DNA of 64,000 nt from NCBI GenBank assembly GCA_021613535.1, contig CP075492.1, forward strand, positions 3,906,001-3,970,000, in the 5' to 3' direction. Of this stretch, positions 48,015-59,630 are shown in pieces. Source of the stretch: Adineta vaga. Taxonomy: Eukaryota; Animalia; Rotifera. The notes under the pieces are model-generated. The model saw only the letters and a program-made list of their open reading frames with translations, was not told the DNA's origin and ran no database searches. Position numbers and translations under genes: made by a program. Numbering within the stretch: position 1 is the first letter of the stretch; every line of letters begins with the position of its first letter.

Positions 48015-50606
48015 ATGGGTCTTTTATCCAAAGGTCGTCCATTAAAATGGACACAAATCAAAGATGCATTGCCACAAATTCGAACTTATGGTGTTGATCA
48101 ATTGTTACATGTTTATCGTAAATGTAAAGATCGTCACGGAGATGCATTTACGTGGGGAGATGAAGTATGAAATTGCAAGTAAAAAATTTCTTTCTATTAT
48201 TTTATTTTGAAGCTCGAATTAACGTTGGTTAGATTTGATCATGAAAATAAAAGAGTTCAATTATTATTGAAAGCTCATGAATTATTACCAATTTTACATA
48301 AACTAAATGAAGGAATCAAAGACGGGTAAGTTATCTTTCTTTCTTTTTAGTGAATCATTTATTATATATTGCACAGTGGCATCTATCGATATATATATAT
48401 ATATACTTTTCTTCTTGAAGAGCGTGTCGTATAGCTTGGCATCCTGAAGCATGTAATTTTGTTGTTGAAGGTGTTCCATCTGAACCATACGGATTTTTAC
48501 CTTCACATTTTAATACTGTCGAAGCAAATATGCGATTAAGACGAGAACAAGTACAAAAACTTTTAGCAGAACAATCGGATTGTGATTTTATTTTGAATAT
48601 TGCTGCTTTTCCAAGGTAAAAATCCTTTCATTAATAAATTGATCACATCTGAAATTTTAAAGATATGGTCAAGGAGAATATACGCATCCGGCTATTGAAT
48701 ATGGTTCTGATTGTTCTGCAGAGAAATCATTATGTTTCCCTGATTCATTGATTTCACCGATTCATCCACGAACGAAGTAAATTTACTTACTTTGTTTCAT
48801 CTTTATAATTAGTCGATCTCTGTGTAGATCTTTATCAGAAAATACAAACGACCGACGTCAAGGAAAAGCTTGCATTAATATACCTAGTATGTACATCTTT
48901 ACAACTTTCAAAAATTAACTAAATTCGACTTCGAACGAATCACTTCATATTTATTTCAATAGTACATTTTCTTTTTATATAGCAGAAGATTCTCAGCGCA
49001 AAGATATGATTCTTTTAGTTATGATTGCATCTGCTTGCTATTATAGTCTTACTCACAATATACGAAAGAAAGAACGAGGAAATGGACTATTGACATATTT
49101 CTTTTCTTTATTTTGTTTTTAAGTACATTCATGTTCTATTATCCACGAATGAAATTTTTAGTATTCAAAGATTCTTCAACACCGTCTCCATTTTGTGATG
49201 AAATTTTTAAAGATAATCCCAATATAAAAGATGATCATATTCATTTGGATAGTACAGCAGCTGGTTGGGGTTGTTGTTGTTTACAAGTAACATTTCAAGC
49301 TGAATCATTTGAAGGAAGTCTTCATCTTTATGATCAATTATTACCATTATGTCCAATCATGGTAAGTTTCTTTTCGATTCGAAAAATTAAGTTATTATAT
49401 CGTTATATAAATAGTTATGTTTGAGTGCAGCATGTCCAATATGGCGTGGATATTTATCCGATATTGACTGTCGATGGAATATCATTAGTGAAGCTGCTGA
49501 TGATCGAACAGTTGAAGAAAAAAAACAACAAAACCTTTTGTCACGTTATAGTTCAGCACCATTCTATTTAACTGAAGAAAACAAACATCTGAACGATATG
49601 GATTATCCGGTTTCTGAAACTGTTATGACAAAATTGATTGCTGAAGGTAAATTAATATAGAGAAGAAAATCATATTTATTGATCTTATAGGCATGCCTGA
49701 AACATTATCACGTCATTTTGGTCATTTATTTATTCGTGATCCATTGGTAATTCTCGATGAATTTCTTCATCCAACTGATGATACAAGCTCATATCATTTT
49801 GAAGTTTGTTATTGATCATTTAAAAACGGTATTTTTTTGAGAATTAAATATTGTTTTAGAATCTAAATTCTCTGGTATGGAATACATTACGTCTGAAACC
49901 ACCACCATTAGACGATGATTTAATGGGATGGAGAGTCGAATTTCGACCGATGGATGTAAAGTTATTTGATAATCATAGATCAATGTAGAAAAGAAAATTT
50001 AAACTTATCTTTTTAGATTCAAATGACGGATTTTGGTAATGCTGCACTTACTGTCTTCTTAGCGTTGATGACTAGGGTTATCCTAACATATAAGCTTGAT
50101 TTTGGTATTCCAATTTCTCAAGTGAATGAAAATATGAATAGAGCTCATAATCGTGATTCAGCACGTCAAGAAAAATTCTATTTCCGATTTGGTAATGAAG
50201 TATCTGAAATGTGTATGAATGAGATTATCAATGGGAACAAAGCTTTTTCTGGTCTAGTTCCTTTAACACGACAATATATTGGTGAAAGAGAGGATATTGA
50301 TGCTGATACAAGATTTACTATTGAACAGTATCTTTTACTTGTCTCGAAACGTGCATCCGGTAATTAGGTTTGTCTTCACTAAATTCAATTAAATGCTGTT
50401 TTACTCTAGGAACTCTATTGACAAATGCTTCTTGGATTAGACAATTTGTTCTATCACATCCATTATATAAAAAAGACTCCGTTGTATCTGAAGAAATTCA
50501 ATATGACCTTGTTCGAAAAATGGAACAGATATCTAATGGACATGAAGATTGTCCACAAATTAAACATCCAAATATGGAAACACATACTGATTTACATGCT
50601 CAATAA
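48015..50606 (+). CDS. GCLC: Glutamate-cysteine ligase catalytic subunit-like (divergent, multi-exon)
   Basis: MGLLSKGRPLKW, FTWGDE|LE, VEANMRLRR, GCCCLQVTFQA, LSAACPIWRGYLSDIDCRW, HFGHLFIRDPL, LKPPP, GWRVEFRPM, GTLLTNASWIRQFVLSHPLYKKDS. Confidence 0.9.
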
Positions 50607-51237
50607 AAATAACTCTGTTTTGCTTATTGTGCCTTTTAATAATAGTTGAAAAATATTTATTCAAGCTTTTGCTTAAAAATATATATTATTGAATCTGTAT
50701 CATCTATGATAAACATTATAAGCGACAACTATTCTATTAATTATTCTAATAACATGTTCATTTAATCAAATTAAATAACAGTTATAAATTCAAAGTTTTT
50801 TTTCGTTAGTTTGCTCTTCAATATAGATTATCACTGATAATGGAAGATTTTAATTCTTTCATTTTATTAAATAATACTTTAAATGATATTATTTAAAAAG
50901 CTATTGATGATTTATTATCAAGAATAGAATCAAAATCATTGTTCAACAAAGAATAAAATTTTGTTTATCTAGATGTTTTTTTACATGTTGATGTTTGATA
51001 AACTTTGAATAAAATAGCTACTATAATTACGATGAATATTATAAAGGAATAATCAAATAGTTCAATTTGTCAAGTGTCTACACATAATCTCTCATACGTT
51101 CACTTCAGTTAAGAATGGAAGATATCTATAAAATATAATGACTAATAGGAAATAAAGAAAAGAAAACAATGAATTAGAGTCTATAAAAATGAATGAACAT
51201 GTTTGACAGTAATGAATCTTTTGTACATAATATAAAA

Positions 51238-52753
51238 ATGGACAGTAAGTAATTGTTTATGAAAATTTAATCATTAATAAATAAGAGATTTATCTATTTT
51301 TATAGAATCAACAAATTTACTTTCATTACCCAATGAATTATTCCTCAATAACATTTTTATTTATCTTCATTCAATAGATCTATTAAATGCATTTGGTCAT
51401 TTGGAAAATTATCGTTTAAATTCTCTTCTTTATTCATATATTCATCATCTTGATTTATTAACTACTGATACATCTGTTGTTTTAATTAATAGATGGTTAT
51501 TTTTTTTGTCGTTTTTGAAAACTGATACAATCTTATCACTTCGAATCAATCCTAATCACTTTGATTATTCACTTTCTTCAATATTCCCAAGACTCAATCG
51601 TCTCGATCTTCAAATGACAGAAGTTTGTGAAAGTATTTCTCAAATTCTCGTATCAACTCGACTTAAATCACTTTCTATCACTTTAACTTCTGAAAAACCT
51701 GAAAGAATAAAAGGATTAACTTCATTTATATGGCATTTCGATAGTTGTCTGGAAAGTTTAATAACTTCAAATTGTTTTATACTGGATAAAGATGATCTAT
51801 ATTCTTCATCATCATCATCACTTATGATCAATCGAAATCTCACTCGTTTATCACTCGATTTGGCTCATATTTGTTTTGCAATTATTTTAATGCCATTTGT
51901 TCCTGCTCTTGAACATTTCGAACTTCGTCTTCATAATATTTATAATCAATCATCAGCTTTGAAATCAAAATTTTTGCAAGAACGAGAATGGCCTACAAAA
52001 GTTCGATTATTACGTTTTATTGCTCATGATCAATTGATGGATACAACAAGTTTCTGTGATTTTGTTAAACGTTTTTCTTTATCACTTGAATATTTATCAT
52101 TCTATATCAGTACAGGTCAACGTTTTCTTATGGCAACGAGACGAACGTTCGAAATACATTTACTTGATTATTTACCAAATTTAAAATCAATCGATTTTTG
52201 TGTTCATAGTGGTTTATTGAATTTTGAAATTGATCGTCGTCATACATTTGATCATTGGACAAAGAAACAAATTATTTCAATATATTATTCACGTCAATAT
52301 CTCACTCGAATGACAATTCCATTTACTTTCAATCGACTTGAATATGTATCGAATGAATTTATTGATTATCATTGTAATTATAATCAATCGAATTTCATTC
52401 TATCGTTTTCATCAATTGTTATGATTACTTTTTTTTCTTATGAGAAATTACATCTGACATTATTCACATTTATACAACAGACATGTCCATCTTTAAATTA
52501 TCTTCGATTTAAAAAGTATTGTAATTTAGATGATGATCTAATTTTAAACACAAAATTAATATTCTCAACAGTTACTAAACTTTGTCTTAGTGATGTTACA
52601 TCTATCGATCATTCTATTCTATGTTGTCTTCTATCTTTAACACCTAATCTTAAATATTTAACTGCTCGACAATGTCATCTAACTACAATTGACACTAACA
52701 TGCTCGAACATCTTCTTAAAATAACAATAATCAAATGTAATTCATATTCTTAA
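51238..52753 (+). CDS. F-box-like N-terminus plus LRR-like protein
   Basis: Micro-exon ATGGACA, intron 51245-51305, then KSTNLLSLPNELFLNNIFIYLHSIDLLNAFGHLENYRLNSLL (F-box-like). Degenerate LRR units follow (LPNLKSIDF, CPSLNYLRF, TPNLKYL). Confidence 0.75.
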
Positions 52754-52819
52754 GAAATTTAATCGAATTTATTAACTTTATTCTAAAAAATAGAAAATGC
52801 CATTTAAAATAAACTTAAT

Positions 52820-53610
52820 ACTATCGAGGGAACTATCTGAGGCGCTAAAAACCTTTTCGACCGAGGACATGATGGTTAGATATACGCTAAGTTGGTTCGG
52901 GCGCAAGTTGCTTTTAAGAGGAGTTATGAATTTTTCAAGTTACGAGTGAAATAGCAGTTTTAATTCTAAACCTTAGTTTTTACACCATATAGTATTGGCG
53001 CATAGTAATGAAGTTTTTCTTGTTACATCTATCTCAATCAATTATGTTGATGATTTCAAATACGAGTTAAAAAGGATAAAGGAGCTAAAGAAAGTAACAT
53101 TATCAACATTTTCTCGCGTTGGTAGCTTTTCATCTGTTATTATTTATGAAAAATAACAGTTTGAAGACGTTTTGTCAGAATATTTTTAGTCAGAGCAAAT
53201 TATCTTTTGGAGAGTCATAAACCTGTTTGCCTGTTTCTTTCGTCGATCTGAGAAAGTATACTTTTTTCTACAAGATAAATGGCATTAGACTTTATCTTCT
53301 TTTGTATGTAAGTGTGAACAATAAAAAGAGGGAACAAGAAAAAGTTTTGAAAAATCATAAAGCATAATGTCTAGTTCTATTAGTTAGATATTATGAGTAT
53401 GGTAATTAAGAAAAAAGTCTTGGAAACATAATACTATGCGACAATAGCTACATTGTATGAATGCAAATTGATCACATGCAGGTGTATCGCAGTAGTCTTG
53501 TGTAAATTTGAAACAAGTTTCCCTTACTGTTTGAAAAAAGGCCGCGGATCAGTGTCAGTACGTGAGCTCAATGAATCGTCACACTTTACGATAACGCCAT
53601 CCATCGTATT
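52820..53610. mobile_element. Possible decayed non-autonomous DNA transposon (MITE-like)
   Basis: Non-coding and locally GC-richer, with GAGTTATGAATTTTT-type internal sequence. The ends (TATCGAGGG / CCATCGTA) are only weakly inverted. Confidence 0.2.
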
Positions 53611-53869
53611 AAATTAAATTGATGTAAAAAAAATAATAAGAACTTTATTTTAAGAAATAATTTAAGTAATATATTTTTCTCAAATCTTTTCAATCAAAGT
53701 AGATGTCACTACTCGTCATATATCTAACTTTGATTGGCATTTCGGACTATACTTTATGTCACCGGATGACTATGCCTGATGTGACGTGCTATTTGATTTG
53801 CTCATATTAACATAAAATACCTTTGTCTATATTGACTAAATTTTCTTTTTCATTAAATCAATAGCAAAC

Positions 53870-55229
53870 ATGCCGAAGCAATCTCAAAATGAAATTGATC
53901 AGATGATTCAACGAGCACGAGTAAAATATTAAAAAACAATTATAAATATTTCATACAGATACAATTGTTCATTTTTTTCAGCCATCAAATCGTGATTTAG
54001 TTCGTCGAGATCTTATGCAAGGAATTAATTCAACAGTTAGTAATTTAGTTTTAAAACTATGTGAATATTATTATAATGATGGAACATCAAAAGAATTACT
54101 TTGTTTATGTGGAACAGTGATGTGTCAATATAAAGGAAGTCGATATAACATTCCAATTGAAATATGGCTTCAAAATGATCATCCAAATAGTGCACCATTA
54201 GCATATGTTAAACCGACACTAGACATGTATGTATCACAGACAAGTCGAGATGTTCATCCTGATGGAACTATTATTATACCTTATATAAGAAACTGGCGTC
54301 ATGTAAGATTTTCTTGTTTATAGTTCAATTTGGATGTGGATTTAGATTTCATTTCATTTTAGCCAAATAGTGATTTAAATCATTTATTAAATGCAATGTC
54401 GGAAGCATTTAGTCAATCTCCTCCTGTTTTTTCAAGTGGTGGTTCTACAACACCTTATCCAACATCGACAGCATCAATGCCTACACCACAAACATTCATA
54501 ACGAATACAGGACCAAGTACATCACAATCATATCCACATGGATATCCACAAACACAAATTCCACAAGATATTTATCGAGAATCTCTTCAAACAGCTGTTC
54601 TTGATAAAGTTCGAATTCGTCTCGATGAAACAATTCAAATAGGTAATGCACAAATTGATTCACTTCGAAGAACGGAACAGGATTTAACAGATGGTCAAAA
54701 GAAACTTCAGACATTGATTAATGATGCTCAACAACAACAAGTCCAAGCACAAGTAATTACTGTTCTTTTCCTTTTCTCTACCTGTAACGTCGATTCTTTT
54801 TCTAGAATTATATTACAAATCTTCGAGCGAAAACAAATGAAATGTTAGAGGCAGCACAGAAAATGCCATCATCAGGAAAAGAAAATTCAGTTAAAGATGA
54901 TGCTCTTATTACACCTGCACCTGTTTATAAACAGTAAATTTCTTTATTTCTTTTCTATATTCAAAATTCTTCCTTTTTCTTGTAAAGACTTTTACAAGCT
55001 TATGCTGAAGAACATGCCATTCAAGATTTATTATATTATCTTGCTGATGGACTTCGTAAAGAATCAATTGGATTAGATATTTACTTAAAAGTATGTTCTT
55101 TCATTCTTTTTTCCCAATAAATTAATCTATTTTCGTCTATAGCATGTGAGAGAACTCTCTCGAAAGCAATTTATCTTGCGAGCAACAATGCATCGATGTC
55201 GTCAAATTGCTGGTTTATCTGTTAAATAG
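53870..55229 (+). CDS. TSG101: ESCRT-I subunit TSG101/Vps23
   Basis: UEV domain (YYYNDGTSKELLCLCGTV, YKGSRYNIPIEIWL, PLAYVKPT, PYIRNW), Pro-rich linker, coiled coil (SLRRTEQDL), and steadiness box (AYAEEHAIQDLLYYL, YLK|HVRELSRKQFILRA). Confidence 0.93.
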
Positions 55230-55272
55230 ACGTTTTTCTTTTCGTTCAATAAAAAAGTTTAAAAAAACTGAA

Positions 55273-55345
55273 TGGAGGCTCCGGGCATCGATCCCGGTGC
55301 CTCTCGCATGCAAAGCGAGCGCTCTACCGTGTGAGCTAAGCCCCC
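55273..55345 (-). tRNA. tRNA-Ala(TGC)
   Basis: GGGGGCT TA GCTC ACACGGTA GAGC G CTCGC TTTGCAT GCGAG AGGCA CCGGG ATCGATG CCCGG AGCCTCC A. Full cloverleaf with the G3:U70 Ala identity pair, and a downstream T7 Pol III terminator. Confidence 0.96.
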
Positions 55346-55933
55346 TATGAATGTTCGCTTCTTCTAATTATTTTATTTTATATTATACTTCAGAACTTCA
55401 ATAAATAACTTAATTATTCTTCAGTAGTCAATCTGTGCATGTTGATAAACTCTTATCGTAGTTACTAAGGTAACAATCTTTTGCTTTGAAACAAAACTGT
55501 CGAATGTCATTGATTAGTATTCTAATACTTCATCTTCAGTATGATTGATGCCTGTACATTTCTTCGTCTTTTTTTAACTTGTTGAACGTAGCTGTAAAAT
55601 AACTGTATAAGTATTGCTTTGCAATTGCATGTGCTTTCAAGTGTATACTTTTCAATGAAATAATAGGATAATAAAAATTGACGAAATAAATAAAAGAGTA
55701 TTAATATTGTTCTTTCTTTTCACACTCTTTGAATGTTTTACAATCATTGATACGCTTCCAATTGATGATTTAATGAGAAAATCTCAGATCTAGCTATGTA
55801 CAATCAAAATAGAATAGATTTCTTCAGACAAATATATATTAAACAAAGACAATACTATTTAATCAGTCGAATATGTTTATATTCATTTTTATTAAAGGGT
55901 GACTAAGTGATAAAAAAAGCATGAAAAAATCCA

Positions 55934-56269
55934 TCAATCGCGTTTATTCGATGTTGATTTAGATCCTTTTTTACTTTCACCTGGGACATATTCACCACGA
56001 AGAGCTGCACCTACACTCTTGTGTCGTCGTTGTCTACTCATGTAAAGAAAAACAGCTATTGCAATTGAGAATGCTAAAAACATGAACCAATCTTTGGTGG
56101 CTAAATAGAATTTGAATGAAGAATGAAAGTAAGCAATAAAATAGAAGTAAATCTTACCAATTTCGAAAATGTACGACCATTTTAAAAGACCTGAGTTTGT
56201 TTCAGGCCGAGATGAAGCTGTTGCACGTGCGACATCATCATCATCTTCAATTGTTGCATCGTCTGACAT
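55934..56269 (-). CDS. Small single-pass membrane protein, unknown function
   Basis: Acidic N-terminus, probable in-frame 57-nt intron 56157-56101, TM WFMFLAFSIAIAVFLYM, basic tail. Confidence 0.7.
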   Translation of the reverse strand: MSDDATIEDDDDVARATASSRPETNSGLLKWSYIFEIGKIYFYFIAYFHSSFKFYLATKDWFMFLAFSIAIAVFLYMSRQRRHKSVGAALRGEYVPGESKKGSKSTSNKRD

Positions 56270-56369
56270 TTTCTTTCAATTTTTATCTACAATGGAACAG
56301 AAAAAAAGTTTCAAAATCTTGTTTTTCTTTCTTTGATAAACACGGCACAAAAAGAAAAAGAAATAATGT

Positions 56370-57740
56370 TTATTGAATTTTTTTCGTTTGTTGAGAAGTC
56401 GGAGCAGGAGCTGACCAATAATATCCCAATTGAAATATCAGCAATGAATTAGCCAATGTATTCAAGATGTATGTCCAAATAAGTGTTGGATCTCCTGTTT
56501 CTTGAATTGATGTAAAGATTCGTGCGATAGAACCAAAAAATAACATTAACATAGTTATTGCAGAAAGATTGCCCGTCGATTTTTCTGTATATATGCAATA
56601 CGATTGCCATAAACGACTGATTAAACTTAAAACAAGTGATAAACCAGCTAACATACTAACTAATTGAGCTGGAAGTAATTTTTGAAACATTAAAACCGTT
56701 ACAACGCTGCATAAAACTAAATAAGAAAAAAAAAAGATCGAATAATGAACATTATCATAACTTTCTGATTTGAATTTGCCGATGCATTTAGATCGTATTC
56801 GAAAGATTCAAATGAAATTTTATCTCTTTCGAAAAACATATAATTCACGTATTATTTTCGCAGGTCGTTTCTTTGTTTACGAAAAAGATAATTCTCTATC
56901 GATAATGTAAGACTTATCTCAAAGCCGTTTTTTAACGCTCTTCTTGCAAGCATCGATAGACAGGAACATGATTAGATAAGCGCATACCGGAAATGGTAAT
57001 GAAACAGCTGAGTTCTACCTGTCGTTGACATTTTCTATTTGGTCGAGCGAATCTAAAGATTATTATGCGGAAGTCTTTTTTTCCTCGATTTCTAGTCATG
57101 TAATAGTTTTACACCACTGATTGACACGACATGGAAAACATCGAATCACGTTTTCGAATTTCCTTCTCCTATAATTATCAAATTATCTTTCTAATTGAGT
57201 ATACTTCAAAAGCATCTGATTCTTTTCTTACTTATTATCTCCTGAACTTTAAAAACGAAGAAATTCAACACTAGACTATCGTTTATACATTGTATTCTAT
57301 TATTAGACATAAATAAACTTTAATCTATACAAACCTAAATACACAAGAACTGCGAGATATTTTCGCTGATAATAAAGTACCAATAAGATGACTAATATTG
57401 TTTGAATGAATAGAAAATATGAGTCACCATAGGCAGAAAGTGGAAACTCTGATGTATAACCATATGCCATTGATCCAAATATGGCTGCTAACATAATTGT
57501 TTCGGCGAAAACACTTACACCAACACCTGATTTATTCCATTTGATTTTAACAATTTGAGGAAATTTAACCAATAACGAACCAACTAAAATTGCATAGCCA
57601 AGCATTTTGCTTAATAGCATTTTATTACATCCCATATCAAAGAAATGCTGCTTCATCACTAATTCATTATAACAATGAGGTGATAATAAACTTGAGATGA
57701 ACGTTTCAAATGGTGACGAAAATGAATCCATAATACCCAT
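56370..57740 (-). CDS. MPDU1: Mannose-P-dolichol utilization defect 1 (PQ-loop) protein
   Basis: LLSKMLGYAILVGSLLVKFPQIVKI, FPLSAYGDSYFLFIQT, KSTGNLSAIT, FGSIARIFTSIQETGD. Two exons (~57740-57335, ~56718-56370). Confidence 0.92.
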
Positions 57741-59016
57741 GTTTAGTTTTCGGATTTTGTCAATGTAAAATTAATCAGTAAATGAATAATTTCTTCACTA
57801 AATACCATACACACGACAGCAAAATGAGAAAACAAATCTAAATGAGTAAACGTGTCTGTATACTTAAACCAACTGGATCTTTCGAAAAAAGATGTCACTA
57901 GACATAATCATATTTCTCCTCATATTTTCATAATTAAATATTCCGTGTATATAATGAAAAAGATTATTTTCGTTTATTTTCTATATCGATTCATATAAAT
58001 TCAATTACTACGATATTTGATGTTTAACTGTTGAATAAAACTTTTATTATTCAATGTTATATCGTCACTTGAAATATTTGCAATATTTGTATATATAAAT
58101 TCACATTTTCCATATGGTCTCATTTAACTTATCATTCATATTCTGATTTTGAAAAGAAACTTTATCATATGAACTTATTAATCCTATCTATTTCTATTCT
58201 ATAATTTAATCATTCATTATTATCCAGGTAGACAATGGGCATTTCATATAGAGAGCATCACATGAATAACGTATTCGATAAAAAATCTTTCATTTTGAAA
58301 AGGAAATCTTTTCCAGACAGGTTGTTTCTTTTTGAGTCCGAATTCAACTCGATACTTTGAAAAAATACATTGATGTAAAAAGCATGTTTTAGCTGAAAAG
58401 GCGGAAATTACATTCTTTACTTAATGGATTTGTTTATTTTGTCTTGAGGAAAAATATTTCGAGAAGAATAGAATAGATTTTTGTCAGTGATGCTGATTAG
58501 TTTCCATCCCCCGATTTGATGAGTGTCGACTGATGAGAGGAAATCTTTTATTTAGTATAAAGAATATATCCAAGGTTTCTTTTCTATTTTAGCCAAAAGG
58601 AGAAAAGAGAAGGTTCTTTTCTAAATGCAATCTTCCTGTTTTTGAATGTCTATATTCATTATTGTCTAGAAAAACGACACACTGTAGTTTTCTTTCCGGT
58701 ATATGTCAATAACTAGTGACTAATATTTTGTCTGAGAAGAGAAATTTATTTTCAATAACTCAAATGATCACGCTTTTGTTCTTTGTCTACTTTCAATTTC
58801 AATTCTCTGCAAATTTTATACAATTGCACAAAAGATAAATTGATTTGATATTGTATTCAAATAAAAGTTAGACAAAAGACAGAATCTAATTGAGAAGAGA
58901 GAAAAAATTATATCCCTATTTGATTAGTCAAGCGCAGGAAGGAAAGAAGAGAAAAGAAAGAAGAAAGAAAACTATATTCTCTTTCTATTTACTTGTTATT
59001 TTCCAAGTTTTGTATA

Positions 59017-59274
59017 ATGTCATCGACATCTTCTCAAACCTTACCATCATCATCATTACATCGTTCTGATGAGCTCGTTGACTTAACAATATGTTCTACA
59101 CGATCTTCGAATTCAACAAGTTTTGCCCCACTACATCGAACGGTTGAATTAGAAAATCTTCATGATCATATCAATAATGATAATGAACAACAACAACCAC
59201 CAACAGCGTCAAAGAAGATTTTAACAAAATGTTTGACTGTTATAGGAGATGGAAGTGACAAGCAGATAGCCTAG
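59017..59274 (+). other. Short Ser-rich ORF upstream of the sGC (uORF, alternative exon or orphan)
   Basis: Coding-like composition (MSSTSSQTLPSSSLHRSDELVDL...). No in-frame splice to the sGC ATG was found. Confidence 0.3.
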
Positions 59275-59630
59275 TTATTTTCATAAAAACATTTTTCTTT
59301 TGCATCAATAAATATATAAATTATGAAATTGGATCTAGAAATAAAATGAATGCATGCACAAATTATACAATAGAATTTCATTGGAACAAAATACATATAT
59401 TCTCTGAAAAGAAAATATAAGAATAAAATGCTTTTATGTTCAAGAAAATAAACTATAAAAAAATTCGTTTAGCAGATTATTCTTATCTCTGCATGAGAGA
59501 ATATACCTTAGATTTTCTTTCCATAAGAAACTATTTATCTCAAAGATAAGCTTCACTCATTTTCTTTTTTATTCTTTCACAATTATCTCGTAATGAATAG
59601 ATGAAAACTATTTCAGTCGATTAAAACAAA

